From the NCBI GenBank assembly GCA_028694995.1, contig JAQVJU010000002.1:67503-131502 (forward strand): a stretch of DNA of 64,000 bases, in the 5' to 3' direction. Below the pieces are notes generated by a model. It ran no database searches and was not told the origin of the DNA. It saw only the letters and a list, made by a program, of their open reading frames with translations. A program made the position numbers and the translations under genes. Each line of letters begins with the position of its first letter. Positions within the stretch are counted from its first letter, which is position 1. Positions 31,762 to 42,744 of this stretch are shown in pieces. The stretch is from Minisyncoccota bacterium (lineage in GTDB: Bacteria > Patescibacteriota > Minisyncoccia > UBA6257).

Positions 31762-33228
31762 ATGCTTAATTTATACAACACTTTAACTAGAAAAAAAGAG
31801 GCTTTTAAGCCTTTAAAAGGAAGAAAAGTTGGGCTTTATACTTGTGGCCCGACTGTTTATTCTTATGCTCATATTGGTAATTTAAGAACATATGTCTTTG
31901 AAGACATTTTAAAAAGAACTTTGTTATTCAATGATTATCAAGTAAATCATCTAATGAATATTACTGATGTTGGTCATTTAACATCAGATGCTGATACTGG
32001 GGAAGATAAAATAGAAAAAACAGCAAAAAAAGAAAAGAAATCCGCTTATCAAATAGCTGAATTTTATACCAAAGCTTTTTTAAAAGATTGTGAGAAATTA
32101 AATATCTTACCTCCAAATATCATTGCTCCAGCAACAGAATATATCAAGGAAAATATTTCTTTAATCCAAGTTTTAGAAAAAAAAGGCTATACATATAAAA
32201 CCAAAGATGGAATCTATTTTGACACTTCTAAATCCAAAGATTATGGAAAACTGGCTAATATGGATTTTGATAAACTGAATAAAACTCTTAAGGCTGGAGC
32301 CAGAATAGAACTTTCCCCAGAAAAAAGAAACATCACTGATTTTTCTCTTTGGAAGTTTTCATCTCCTAATGAAAAAAGACAAATGGAATGGCCTTCACCT
32401 TGGGGAACAGGTTTTCCAGGTTGGCATATAGAATGCGCAGTTATTAATTTAAAATATTTAGGTAATGCGTTTAAGAATGAAACCTTTATTCCAGAACAAG
32501 CAGAAACCATAGATATTCACGCAGGCGGCAGTGATTTAATACCTATTCATCATACTAATGAAATTGCTCAAGTAGAAGCAGCTACTGGGAAAAAATTTGT
32601 TAATTATTGGCTTCATGGAGAATTTTTGATTTTAAAAGATTTACGCATGGGAAAATCAACTGGTAATGTAATTCTAATTGATGATTTAGAAAAAAAGGGT
32701 TATTCCCCATTATCTTATCGCTATCTTGTTTTAAATGCTCATTACCGAAAGCCTTTAGAATTTTCCTGGCAAGCTCTAAACAATGCCCAACAAGGATTAA
32801 ATGATATTTCTAATTTTATCTATCATTGTTTGCTAAAAGCTAAACCTAATTCATCTATTAAGCTCTCTCCTGTTCTAATAGATATGCAGAAAGAATTTAA
32901 AAAAGCTATTAATGATGATTTAAATACCCCTCAAGCTTTAGCGGTTTTTTGGAAATTAATAAAAAAATATTACAAAGAAAAATTAGATCCAAAACAAACA
33001 TATCAATTAGCTTCAATTTTTGATACAATACTTGGGTTAGGTTTGGATAAAATTAAGGTTTTTCCTTTACCTCAAGAAATACAATTATTAAATGAAAAAA
33101 GAGAAAAAATGAGAAAATCAGCCAAATGGACAGAAGCAGATAAGATAAGAAAAGAAATAGAAGCCTTGGGATTTTCTGTAAACGACACTAAAGAAGGAAC
33201 GATTATTCAACCAAAAAATAAAATTTAA
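31762..33228 (+). CDS. cysS: Cysteine--tRNA ligase
   Basis: CGPTVY, HIGN, PGWHIEC and RMGKS motifs. ATGCTTAAT reads on + (track strand wrong). Confidence 0.96.
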   Translation: MLNLYNTLTRKKEAFKPLKGRKVGLYTCGPTVYSYAHIGNLRTYVFEDILKRTLLFNDYQVNHLMNITDVGHLTSDADTGEDKIEKTAKKEKKSAYQIAEFYTKAFLKDCEKLNILPPNIIAPATEYIKENISLIQVLEKKGYTYKTKDGIYFDTSKSKDYGKLANMDFDKLNKTLKAGARIELSPEKRNITDFSLWKFSSPNEKRQMEWPSPWGTGFPGWHIECAVINLKYLGNAFKNETFIPEQAETIDIHAGGSDLIPIHHTNEIAQVEAATGKKFVNYWLHGEFLILKDLRMGKSTGNVILIDDLEKKGYSPLSYRYLVLNAHYRKPLEFSWQALNNAQQGLNDISNFIYHCLLKAKPNSSIKLSPVLIDMQKEFKKAINDDLNTPQALAVFWKLIKKYYKEKLDPKQTYQLASIFDTILGLGLDKIKVFPLPQEIQLLNEKREKMRKSAKWTEADKIRKEIEALGFSVNDTKEGTIIQPKNKI

Positions 33229-33234
33229 ATATTT

Positions 33235-34620
33235 ATGGCAGAAAACAATTCAAAAATAATTCAAAACAAACTGCCTCCACAAAACATTGAGGCTGAAGAA
33301 TCTGTTCTCGGAGCCTTAATGATTGACAAAAACGCTATTGCAAAAGTAGCTGATAGTTTATATCCAGAAGATTTTTATAAACCTGAACATCGCATGACCT
33401 ATGAAGCCATTTTAGATTTATACCAAAAAAATGCGCCCATAGATGTTCTTTCAGTTACTAATCGTCTTAAAGAAAAAAAACTTTTAGAAGAAACAGGAGG
33501 CGCTAGTTTCCTAACCTCTTTAGTTAATAAAACTCCTAGTAGTGCTCATGTGAGTCATTATGGTCAAATTGTGCATGAAAAAAGAGTTTTAAGAGATTTA
33601 ATAGCTGCCTCATATAAGATTGCTGAATTAGGTTGGCAAGAATCAGAAGATATTAATCAAGTATTAGATAAGGCAGAACAAATAATTTTTTCCATTTCTC
33701 AAAAATCAATTGGCTATGATTTTATCACTTTAAAAGAAGAATTAATTAAAGCCTTTGACCGCATAGACCAATTACACAAAGGAGGTGATAAATTAAGAGG
33801 CGTTGGCACTGGATTCAATGACCTAGATAATAAATTAGCTGGTTTGCAAAAATCTGATTTAATTATTATTGGCGGTCGTCCTTCTTTGGGAAAAACTTCT
33901 TTAGCTTTAGATATTGCCCGTTATGCTGCATTAAGAGAAAATGCTTCAGTGGGTATTTTCAGTTTAGAGATGTCAAAAGAACAAGTAGTTGATCGTTTAA
34001 TTGCTGCTGAATCAACAGTAGATTTATGGAAGATAAGAACTGGCGCTCTTTCAACTGCTGGAGAAACAAATGATTTTACTCTTATTCAGGACGCCTTATC
34101 TCGTTTAGCTGAAGCGCCAATATTTATTGATGACATTCCTTCACCAACTGTAATGCAAATTAGAACCATGGCTCGTCGTTTGCAAGCCCAAGTTGATTTA
34201 GGAATGATTATTATAGACTACATTCAACTTATTACCCCTACGCTTACCAGAGAAAGCACTGTCCAGCAATACAGTGAAATATCTCGTTCTCTTAAAGCCT
34301 TAGCTAGGGAATTAAATATTCCTGTGGTCGCTCTTTCTCAACTTTCTAGAGCTGTTGAACAAAGAGGTCCTCTTTGCATCCCCCGACTTTCAGATTTAAG
34401 AGAAACTGGCAGCTTAGAGCAAGATGCTGATGTGGTCCTCTTTGTTTACCGAGAAGACCGATACAGAGAAGATACAGAAAAGCAAAATATAGCAGAAATT
34501 AGAATTGCCAAACACCGAAATGGACCTCTAGGTGTAGCTAATCTGTATTTTAATGAACAATTAGCCAGTTTCCGCAATTTGGAAAAAGAAGAAGATATTT
34601 ATCAACCAGAAGAAGAATAA
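33235..34620 (+). CDS. dnaB: Replicative DNA helicase
   Basis: PPQNIEAE, GRPSLGKT, DYIQL, LSQLSR and EQDAD motifs. Reads on + (track strand wrong). Confidence 0.97.
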   Translation: MAENNSKIIQNKLPPQNIEAEESVLGALMIDKNAIAKVADSLYPEDFYKPEHRMTYEAILDLYQKNAPIDVLSVTNRLKEKKLLEETGGASFLTSLVNKTPSSAHVSHYGQIVHEKRVLRDLIAASYKIAELGWQESEDINQVLDKAEQIIFSISQKSIGYDFITLKEELIKAFDRIDQLHKGGDKLRGVGTGFNDLDNKLAGLQKSDLIIIGGRPSLGKTSLALDIARYAALRENASVGIFSLEMSKEQVVDRLIAAESTVDLWKIRTGALSTAGETNDFTLIQDALSRLAEAPIFIDDIPSPTVMQIRTMARRLQAQVDLGMIIIDYIQLITPTLTRESTVQQYSEISRSLKALARELNIPVVALSQLSRAVEQRGPLCIPRLSDLRETGSLEQDADVVLFVYREDRYREDTEKQNIAEIRIAKHRNGPLGVANLYFNEQLASFRNLEKEEDIYQPEEE

Positions 34621-34633
34621 ATTAACAATTACA

Positions 34634-35260
34634 ATGGATCTTCCAAAACCCATAAAAGATTTTGTTCAGGTTTTTAGTCAATTACCTGGCATTGGTCCTC
34701 GTCAAGCAACCCGCCTTGCCTTTTGGTTATTGCATCAAAAAAGAGAAACTCAACATGCTTTTTATCGCGCTTTTACCAATTTATTCACTAAAACCCAAAT
34801 TTGCCCAAGTTGTTTTTTTATCTCAGAGAAAGAATCAACTGGAAGTAAGCTATGTAAAATTTGCCGTCAAAAACAAAGAGACCAAAGCCTTATCTGTGTT
34901 GTTGAAAAAGAAACAGATCTTATCTCTATAGAAAACACAAATAAATACCGTGGTCTTTATCATGTCTTAGGTGGTTTGATGTCTGAACTAAATGAAAACA
35001 AGAAACAGAAATTAAATATCAATCAGTTATTAACTCGTATTAAAAAAGTTTCCAAAACCCCACAAAAGATAAAAGAAATAATTTTAGCTCTTAATCCTAC
35101 CTCTGAAGGAAACTTAACTACTTATACTTTAGAAAAAGCCATTAAAGAACTAAACTTAGATATTAAGATAACAAAATTAGGAAGAGGTTTGCCTCAGGGA
35201 GGAGAAGTGGAATTTGCTGATGCAGAAACCTTAGTTAATGCTCTTGAAGGAAGAAAGTAA
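34634..35260 (+). CDS. recR: Recombination mediator RecR
   Basis: LPGIGPRQA, C4 zinc finger, YHVLGG and Toprim domain. Reads on + (track strand wrong). Confidence 0.94.
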   Translation: MDLPKPIKDFVQVFSQLPGIGPRQATRLAFWLLHQKRETQHAFYRAFTNLFTKTQICPSCFFISEKESTGSKLCKICRQKQRDQSLICVVEKETDLISIENTNKYRGLYHVLGGLMSELNENKKQKLNINQLLTRIKKVSKTPQKIKEIILALNPTSEGNLTTYTLEKAIKELNLDIKITKLGRGLPQGGEVEFADAETLVNALEGRK

Positions 35261-35269
35261 AAAAGACGC

Positions 35270-35653
35270 TTAAGCGTCTTTTTTTTCCTTCAAATCCTTT
35301 TTTTTCAGATCTTTTTCTTCCTTTTCTTTCAGATCTTTTTCTTTTAAATCCTTTATTGATACTTTCATAAAAGGCTGTCGATGGCCTTTTTTCTTTGTAT
35401 ATCTGGTTTTTGATTTATAGCGAAATACAATTACCTTTTTAGACCTACCTTCTTCTTCACATTTAGCACTAATTTTCATACCAATAATATAAGGTCGGCC
35501 AATTTGTATTTCACCTTTTTCATCTGCAAAAAGAAGTACTTTATCAAAGATTATTTCATCCCCTACTTGCACTCCTTTTATTTTCTCTATTTTTAATTTT
35601 TGCCCTGGAGCAATAAGATATTGTTTACCTCCAGTTTCTACTACAGCTAACAT
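35270..35653 (-). CDS. rplU: 50S ribosomal protein L21 with KDLK-repeat tail
   Basis: AVVETGGKQY and KKGHRQP motifs. Confidence 0.95.
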   Translation of the reverse strand: MLAVVETGGKQYLIAPGQKLKIEKIKGVQVGDEIIFDKVLLFADEKGEIQIGRPYIIGMKISAKCEEEGRSKKVIVFRYKSKTRYTKKKGHRQPFMKVSIKDLKEKDLKEKEEKDLKKKDLKEKKDA

Positions 35654-35677
35654 AATATAAATTTTAAATCTTGTTAT

Positions 35678-36025
35678 TTATCTATTAAGAATATATATCT
35701 GAATGCTGATTAAAAGAATCAAAACAGCAATACTTATATTAGCAAAAAACAGCAACCAACTCAAGTCTTTATCTTTAATTTTTAATAATTCAGAAAGCCA
35801 AAAATTAATACTAATAAAAATCATTCCCAAAGCCGGAATAACCCAAGTTAAATTACGATGGCCTAAAAAATTAATTCCAAACTCATTAGAACGAAAAATT
35901 ACTGGAAAATTAGCAATTGTTTTATCAAAAACTAACCAATTCAAAATTAAAGAAATAATAAAACAACCTATAATTAATAGCCAGTATTTTTCTCTAATTT
36001 TATTTATAATTTTATAGAAATTCAT
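35678..36025 (-). CDS. Three-TM membrane protein (DUF1648-like)
   Basis: Three hydrophobic helices with FGINFLG loop. Confidence 0.6.
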   Translation of the reverse strand: MNFYKIINKIREKYWLLIIGCFIISLILNWLVFDKTIANFPVIFRSNEFGINFLGHRNLTWVIPALGMIFISINFWLSELLKIKDKDLSWLLFFANISIAVLILLISIQIYILNR

Positions 36026-36271
36026 ATTTCATAGAAATCTTTTAAATTTATATAAACTTACTTTAACAAAAATTTCAAAAAAAATCTATTTACTTTTATT
36101 TAATATATAAATAATATGATTGTATTTATAAATTAATAAATTCAACATCATACTTATTGAACCTTATTACCAAACTATTCCTTATCGAATTTAAAAAAGA
36201 AAAAGCGGCAAATAAGTACTTTAACTATTGCCGCTTTAGATTATAAAGGTTGATCTCATGGCTACAGCTCC

Positions 36272-37915
36272 TTAAATCATACTGATCAAACGCTTTGCTT
36301 GTTGCTCAGCATTTGCCAAATATTCCTGGAAACCTTCCTGCCTTAAGAGTTTTCCTTTAAAAAGAATATAGGTATCAGTTGGGTGAAAATTTTCTAGGAA
36401 ACGACGGTCATGTGAAACTAGTATAATTGTGCCTTCATAGTGATTCATCACTTCTTCAAGAGCTTCAAGCGCCTCAAGATCTAGATGATTGGTAGGTTCA
36501 TCTAAGATGAGCACATTAGCAGAAAGTGCAGAAAAAAGAGCAAAAAGAAGTCGTGCTCTTCCACCTGGCGAAAGAGTTAAAATGGGTTTATCAATTTCTG
36601 TAGCTTTAAATCCAAACTTTACAGCTAGAGAATATGCTTCTTGAACCTGAAGACCAGATCGTCGTATGAGAAAATCCTTAATGCTTTTCTCTCGAGGAAG
36701 GTTATCATGTTCTTGAGTAAGATTACCAATGATAAGCGCATTTCCACAACTAACCTTGCCTTTGAGTGCTGAAAGTTCACCACTTATAGTTCGTAAAAGT
36801 GTTGTCTTTCCAGAGCCATTCAGGCCTAAAATTACCACGCGACTACCATAAGGGATAGAAAGAGACACAGGACCAATTTTAAAACCATCATCAGCATAAC
36901 CCGCTATTACATTTGAAAGGATAATATCTCGTGTTCCTCCTGGCTTCTTAGGTTGAAGATGAATCCGGAATACATTTCTCTCAACTGGTTTTTCAACAAT
37001 CTCTATTTGTTCAATGCGTTTCTCAATAGCCTTTGCTTGCTTACCTGATTTACTTGCTCGATCACGCTTAAACCCACGTAAAAACTTGTCACTATCAGTA
37101 CCTACATAGTGTGAACCAGAAATTGCTTCTTGCTTTTTCTTCCTAGCTTGTTCTTCAAGCCGCTTAATTTCTTCCTGCTGAGATTCATGTCTCCGTTTCT
37201 GTCTTGCCATTTCTTTCTCTTTTCTTATCAGATAATCAGAATACCGACCGCTTGTGATATTGAGTGCTCGAGTATGCCAATCAATTTCAAAAATCTCTCG
37301 CACAATCCGATCTAAAAAGAGACGATCATGAGAGACAATAATAGAAGTAGCATTACTCCGCATAAGAAAATTTTCCAGCCAGATAAGAGCTGGCAAATCA
37401 AGATTATTTGTTGGCTCATCAAGAAGTAAAATATCTGGATCAGATAAAAGAACTCCAATCATGAATACCTTACTTTTTTGACCAGATGAAAGAGAGTTAA
37501 TTGTTCGATCCTTGGGAATATCATCTAGCCCAAACCCTGCTAACATCACATCTAAACGATGATAAAATGCATAACCATCCCGACATTCATACTCCATCAT
37601 TGCTTCTGCTGATTTTTCCATGTTCTCTTCCAGTTCAGCCATACCTGATACTTGTCGTACATAATCAGAAATTGTTTTGTTAGAAGTTAAACTTGCATCC
37701 TGTGGCATATAACCGATAACTGCACCTTTTCTCACTAACACCTCGCCAGAATCAGGCTCAAGCAATCCAGCAAGAATCTTTAAAAGTGTTGTTTTGCCAG
37801 TGCCATTATAACCAATGAGACCTACTTTCTGCCCTCGTTCTAGAGAGAAAGAAATGCCATCTAGTACGGTTATTATTCCGTATGTTTTATGAATCTTATT
37901 TGCTTTAATTTCCAT
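36272..37915 (-). CDS. ABC-F family ATPase
   Basis: Two ABC domains (GYNGTGKTT and GLNGSGKTT, LDEPTN) with a helical linker, no TM; start placed at MEIKANK. Confidence 0.9.
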   Translation of the reverse strand: MEIKANKIHKTYGIITVLDGISFSLERGQKVGLIGYNGTGKTTLLKILAGLLEPDSGEVLVRKGAVIGYMPQDASLTSNKTISDYVRQVSGMAELEENMEKSAEAMMEYECRDGYAFYHRLDVMLAGFGLDDIPKDRTINSLSSGQKSKVFMIGVLLSDPDILLLDEPTNNLDLPALIWLENFLMRSNATSIIVSHDRLFLDRIVREIFEIDWHTRALNITSGRYSDYLIRKEKEMARQKRRHESQQEEIKRLEEQARKKKQEAISGSHYVGTDSDKFLRGFKRDRASKSGKQAKAIEKRIEQIEIVEKPVERNVFRIHLQPKKPGGTRDIILSNVIAGYADDGFKIGPVSLSIPYGSRVVILGLNGSGKTTLLRTISGELSALKGKVSCGNALIIGNLTQEHDNLPREKSIKDFLIRRSGLQVQEAYSLAVKFGFKATEIDKPILTLSPGGRARLLFALFSALSANVLILDEPTNHLDLEALEALEEVMNHYEGTIILVSHDRRFLENFHPTDTYILFKGKLLRQEGFQEYLANAEQQAKRLISMI

Positions 37916-38011
37916 AACTGGAAAAACTTTAGTGCCCCATTCAAGACTCAGTTGGAACCAGCTTATCAAAGAACTACAAAAATGGCAACAGTTACAAGCA
38001 GCCTTTCTGTA

Positions 38012-39232
38012 TTATTCATAGCGTAATGCATCAATAGGATTAAGCTTAGCCGCTTTTTGAGCGGGCCAATAACCAAAAATAATACCAATAGTAGTTGAGA
38101 CACCACAAGCTAACATAATAGAGTACAAAGAAACTTTAGTTGTCATTCCAGTAAAAATAGTCACTGCATAAGCTAAACCAATCCCTAAAAGGATCCCAAT
38201 TATTCCACCTATAAAAGTAAGAAAAACTGATTCTGTCAAAAACTGTAAGCTAATATTTGATCTTTTCGCACCAACAGCTTTACGCAAACCGATTTCTCGA
38301 GTCCTTTCAGTCACTGTAGTCATCATCATATTCATTATGCCAATACCGCCAACAACCAAAGAAATTCCAGCAATTGCTGCTAATAAAATTGTCAATGTGT
38401 TTGTGATAGAAGTAACAGCTTCAGTTATATCTTCTAGTGACATAACGCTAAAATCAGCTAACGAAGAATCGCTAATGTTATGCCTTCTTAAGAGAAGGTT
38501 TGTGATACTATTTTGTACTCCTGACATCACCTCAGAGCTTATAGCTTGAACATTAAGAGTAGAAACATGATTAACCCCGGCCAAAAATTTCTGAACTGTT
38601 GTTATTGGAATAAAAATTACATCATCTTGACTACCAAAAGAGGTGCCGCCTTTAGGTTGAGTCATGCCGATAACTTTAAAATTAATACCGTTAATTCTTA
38701 TCGTTTTACCAACAGGATCAACTTCTTCTCCAAAAAGATCATCCCGAGTGGTAGGTCCTAGCACAGCTACTTTTAAACTTAATCTTGTATCTAGTTCAGA
38801 AATAAAAGAACCCAAGGCTAGTTCAACATTTTTAACTGATAAATAAGAAGAAGTCGTACCAGTTATTTGAGTATTAGTGTTCTTCCCCATGTATACTGCT
38901 TGATAACGCTGGGAAAGCTCTGGAGCTACAGCTTGAACATTAAGAATATTTTCAGCAATAGCTTCTCCATCTTCAATAGTTAAAGTCTGGGCACTGCCTC
39001 TCTGAGCCATGACTTGAGAAAAAGTCTGCTGTGATCCTGGAGTTACAGTAATTAAATTAGGACCCATTGCTTCAATATTAGATTTTATTGATCCAGCTGC
39101 ACCTTGACCAATAGACACCATTGCAATAACTGAACCAATTCCAATAACAATCCCCAAAATAGTTAAACCAGACCTAGCTTTATTAGCTGTAATGGCAAAA
39201 TATGTTTCTTCAAATAAATCACTAATAAGCAT
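38012..39232 (-). CDS. MacB/FtsX-like ABC permease
   Basis: RSGLTILGIVIGI, GGIGIMN, ERTREIGLRKAVGA and PIDALRYE motifs. Confidence 0.92.
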   Translation of the reverse strand: MLISDLFEETYFAITANKARSGLTILGIVIGIGSVIAMVSIGQGAAGSIKSNIEAMGPNLITVTPGSQQTFSQVMAQRGSAQTLTIEDGEAIAENILNVQAVAPELSQRYQAVYMGKNTNTQITGTTSSYLSVKNVELALGSFISELDTRLSLKVAVLGPTTRDDLFGEEVDPVGKTIRINGINFKVIGMTQPKGGTSFGSQDDVIFIPITTVQKFLAGVNHVSTLNVQAISSEVMSGVQNSITNLLLRRHNISDSSLADFSVMSLEDITEAVTSITNTLTILLAAIAGISLVVGGIGIMNMMMTTVTERTREIGLRKAVGAKRSNISLQFLTESVFLTFIGGIIGILLGIGLAYAVTIFTGMTTKVSLYSIMLACGVSTTIGIIFGYWPAQKAAKLNPIDALRYE

Positions 39233-39241
39233 AATCCTTTA

Positions 39242-39955
39242 TTATTCTTTAATTTTTTTAACTTCCTTGGAAGAAGAATGATTAAAGACATCTTCAACAA
39301 TTTCCCCATCCTTAATGCAAATTACTCGCTTTGCTTTTTCAGCAATATATTTCTCATGAGTAATTAAAATAATTGTTTTCCCCTGTTTATTTAAATCCCT
39401 AAAGGTTTCCAAGATAATATCCCCTGTTTTACTATCAAGATTACCTGTTGGCTCATCAGCTAAAATAATTAATGGATCATTAACCAAAGCTCTAGCAATA
39501 GCCACTCTTTGCATTTCTCCTCCAGATAACTGATTAGAAAGATGGGAAAAATGTTTTTCAGTTAAGCCAGCGGCTAATAAGCATCTTTTAGCAATCTCTG
39601 CTCTCTTATTTTTAGGAACATTTGCATAAACTAAAGGAAGCACTATATTCCTAAAAACAGTTGTTCTTCGCAAAAGATTAAAAGATTGAAAAACAAAACC
39701 AATCTTGTTTTTACGAATATCAGCTAACTCAGCTTCTGATAACTTGGAAACATCTTTTCCTTCTAAAAAATACTGACCATTTGTTGGGGTATCTAAACAA
39801 CCCAAAATATGCATTAGGGTTGATTTTCCTGAGCCAGAAGGACCTATGATGGCAACAAATTCACCTTCTTGAATAGAAAAAGAAACATCTTTTAAAGCAA
39901 TTGTTTCAACACTAGCTGATTGATAAATTTTAGTAATATTTTTAACTTCTATCAT
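39242..39955 (-). CDS. MacB/LolD-like ABC ATP-binding protein
   Basis: [24 protein letters not shown] and DEPTGNLD motifs; start at MIEVK. Confidence 0.92.
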   Translation of the reverse strand: MIEVKNITKIYQSASVETIALKDVSFSIQEGEFVAIIGPSGSGKSTLMHILGCLDTPTNGQYFLEGKDVSKLSEAELADIRKNKIGFVFQSFNLLRRTTVFRNIVLPLVYANVPKNKRAEIAKRCLLAAGLTEKHFSHLSNQLSGGEMQRVAIARALVNDPLIILADEPTGNLDSKTGDIILETFRDLNKQGKTIILITHEKYIAEKAKRVICIKDGEIVEDVFNHSSSKEVKKIKE

Positions 39956-39971
39956 TTTACTTATACACTTA

Positions 39972-41666
39972 TCAAAAACCCCTTGTTGGCCGACCTGTCG
40001 TATCACCACCCATCATACCAGTCATACCTGGCATCATTTGAAACCTTTGGTTTTGATTATTATTAGAAGTAGAGCCAACTGCAGCTTTATTAGAAATTAT
40101 GGTTGTCGTAATTACTAAATCGCCTTGTTCAATACCAGATATAATTTCAGTATGAGTGTCACTAGAAAGCCCTAGTTCCACCATTTGTTGTTTAATTTCT
40201 CCAGAAACTGATAAATTAACATAAGGATTGTCTCCTCGATAATTAATAGCGCTATTAGGTAATATTAATACTCCTTGCCTTGAATCAGTAATAATCTCTA
40301 CACTCACACTCATTCCAGGCTTAACTTGTGCTTCTTCATCGTCAAAAGCAATTGTAACTCCATAGCTGACAACACCTTGACTCACTGTCCCTTCAATATC
40401 TAAATCAATTACTTGACCAGAAATACTCAGACCTGAAAGAGCGTCAAAAGATAAAACAGCTTTTTGACCAATTTTTATTTTAGCAGCATCGATTTCATTT
40501 AAAGAAATTTTAGCTATTTTTTCTTGAGTAATAATTGTTGCTAAAGTTGTGCCTGAAGAAACTGTGTCCCCTTTTTTAACATTAACTCCTGTAATTGCGC
40601 CTTTAAAAGGAGAATAAATATAATGTTGAGCTAAATTTTCTTTAGCATCTGCTAAAGCATATTCAAGCTTACTTATTGTGTTGTTTTGGGTTTCAACTTC
40701 TAATCCTATATTAGCCATTGCTTCTTTTGTTTCTTTGAGTGATTGCTTGGCTGAAGAAAGATTATTCATAAGAGAACTGAGTGATGAAGTAAATTCTGTT
40801 AAATTTGAAGCGTGAGTTTCAGATATTACTGTTGAGATGGGTGAGATTAAATGTTCCTTTTCAACAATCACATGATATTGCTTTGTAACATTAGAAGACT
40901 GTCGAACCAAATCTAAAAGAGAACGAACTATATCATAGGTTTGATTAATTATTATTTCTATATCAACACAAGAAGAATCATAGCTCAATGCAGAATACTT
41001 TTCCCAAAGAGAATCAAGTTCTTTTTGAATCACATTATATTTTTCTTCAGCAATATTATTTAAATCATTGCCCCAAAAGGTTAAAAAACCTAAATCACTA
41101 CCATATGAATCAAGATAAAAATTAACTAAGTGTAAATAATAATCAATATCATTGGTATTATTTCCTTGGCTGCTTTCTAAAAACATGTTTTTAAGATCAG
41201 GCTTCATTGCAAATAAGCTCGTAAAGGCATTTGTTAAATTATCTAATGCACTATTGCAAGCACTTTCTAATGATTCTTCTGTCTTTTGTACAATGTCTTG
41301 GCTTGTCTCAGCATTTTTCAAATTAAGCTCTGCATCTTTAACAGCTTTCTGAGCATCTCTTGTGTCTAATTGAAACAAAAGAACTCCATTTTTAACCTCT
41401 TGATTTTTTTCAACATTAACATAAGTAATTTCGCCTGAAGTTTTTGGTTTAATATCTATCTGATCAGAAACAACTATCTGCCCAGATCCAGAAACCGAGA
41501 TAGCGAGATCCCCTTTTTCTACTTTTGTCGTGATATATTGTTCTTTATTGTTTTGCTTTTTAAATAATTTTTGATATCCAAAATATCCTACTAAAGCAAC
41601 TATTAAAATGATTATTATAACTATTATCTTCCTCTCTTTTATTTTTCTAAACAATTTTGAAATCAT
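39972..41666 (-). CDS. MacA/HlyD-like periplasmic adaptor with long coiled coil
   Basis: N-terminal TM, lipoyl half-motifs flanking a long helical hairpin, KPGMS motif. Confidence 0.85.
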   Translation of the reverse strand: MISKLFRKIKERKIIVIIIILIVALVGYFGYQKLFKKQNNKEQYITTKVEKGDLAISVSGSGQIVVSDQIDIKPKTSGEITYVNVEKNQEVKNGVLLFQLDTRDAQKAVKDAELNLKNAETSQDIVQKTEESLESACNSALDNLTNAFTSLFAMKPDLKNMFLESSQGNNTNDIDYYLHLVNFYLDSYGSDLGFLTFWGNDLNNIAEEKYNVIQKELDSLWEKYSALSYDSSCVDIEIIINQTYDIVRSLLDLVRQSSNVTKQYHVIVEKEHLISPISTVISETHASNLTEFTSSLSSLMNNLSSAKQSLKETKEAMANIGLEVETQNNTISKLEYALADAKENLAQHYIYSPFKGAITGVNVKKGDTVSSGTTLATIITQEKIAKISLNEIDAAKIKIGQKAVLSFDALSGLSISGQVIDLDIEGTVSQGVVSYGVTIAFDDEEAQVKPGMSVSVEIITDSRQGVLILPNSAINYRGDNPYVNLSVSGEIKQQMVELGLSSDTHTEIISGIEQGDLVITTTIISNKAAVGSTSNNNQNQRFQMMPGMTGMMGGDTTGRPTRGF

Positions 41667-41693
41667 GCTAATATAATTTATTTTTATTATTTT

Positions 41694-42236
41694 TTATTTA
41701 AAAAAAGGAAAAATTGAAGGCTTGCCTTTATTAATTAATTCTTCACCATTAAAAATTCTTATTAATTTAGCTTCTATTTGTCCTTGTTCATTTGGAGAGC
41801 CAATAATAACAACCTTTTCGCCAACTTGAAGGTTTTGTTTACTAAGAGTTTCTCTACCTAATTGAATAATAGTGTTACCATTTACAACAACCAATCTTTC
41901 TGAATTATTACCCCCTCTAATAATAATGCTATCTTCATTAATTTGAATAATTTCACCAAAGACACCATGGTTTTCAACAAAATCTTCACCAGGAAAAGGA
42001 AACCTTCGCCAATTATCACCAAAAAAACCTTCTTTGGGCCCAGCAAAATTCTTATGATAGCTCTCTGCCCAAAGATAAGAAGATCTCGCTTTTAATTCAC
42101 CAACAAATATGCCTGCCCCAAATACCAAAACAATTAATGAAAAACCAATAAGCCCAATAATGACCCACTTAAGGATATCTTGTTTATTTTCTTTATTTTC
42201 TTTTTCTATAATATTATTATTTAAATCTTTATCCAT
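41694..42236 (-). CDS. Membrane-anchored DUF5666-like OB-fold protein
   Basis: TM helix then HGVFGEII...LQVGEKVVIIG...IEAKLIRI. Confidence 0.6.
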   Translation of the reverse strand: MDKDLNNNIIEKENKENKQDILKWVIIGLIGFSLIVLVFGAGIFVGELKARSSYLWAESYHKNFAGPKEGFFGDNWRRFPFPGEDFVENHGVFGEIIQINEDSIIIRGGNNSERLVVVNGNTIIQLGRETLSKQNLQVGEKVVIIGSPNEQGQIEAKLIRIFNGEELINKGKPSIFPFFK

Positions 42237-42265
42237 AGATATAACATTTAATAAATTTATTTTAT

Positions 42266-42700
42266 TTAATAAACATTAATGATATTAGTGCCATGCATTA
42301 AATATTTTAGTAATAATCTTTTCTTAAAAAGGAATAATCTAAGCGTAAAGATAGCTAATCCTGTACTGAATAGAAATGCTGTTAATCCTATGATTGGCAA
42401 AGATTCTAGAATTGCCATACTAAAATCTTTCCATAGAATAATAAAAACGCCAAAATCGCTAATTGCCATAGAAAGAAAATAAGAAATCCCAGTACTTTTT
42501 GCTTGATTTACTAATAACGCCCATGATAAAGAGGTAGTAACCAAAGAAATGACTAAAAGAAGAAAAAAACTCATTGCTAATCTCTTTGTTTTCTGTAATT
42601 CCTGCTCCTTTCTTATTGCGGCAACTATATGATCAAAAATACCCGCAGGAGGATCTACGGGTTCAATGTAAGAAAAAAGTTTTTTAAAATCTTTCCTCAT
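42266..42700 (-). CDS. Membrane protein downstream of the ECF sigma (putative anti-sigma)
   Basis: DPPAGIFDHIV N-terminus plus TM helices; position. Confidence 0.55.
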   Translation of the reverse strand: MRKDFKKLFSYIEPVDPPAGIFDHIVAAIRKEQELQKTKRLAMSFFLLLVISLVTTSLSWALLVNQAKSTGISYFLSMAISDFGVFIILWKDFSMAILESLPIIGLTAFLFSTGLAIFTLRLFLFKKRLLLKYLMHGTNIINVY

Positions 42701-42717
42701 CGCTCCCTATCTATTAA

Positions 42718-42744
42718 TACGAATCAGGGAGCCTTTTGGGTTCA
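42718..42744 (-). promoter_or_regulatory. Putative ECF-type promoter TGAACC-N17-CGTA
   Basis: Resembles SigW/SigM-type TGAAAC...CGT consensus, placed before the membrane protein-MacAB genes. Confidence 0.45.

Noticed and set aside
31762..35260. Minus-strand labels in the ORF track for cysS, dnaB and recR (also 55140-55496 and 60026-61129)
   Set aside because: The listed proteins translate directly from the + strand, for example ATGCTTAATTTATAC at 31762 and GTGATAAAAATGTTT at 60026.
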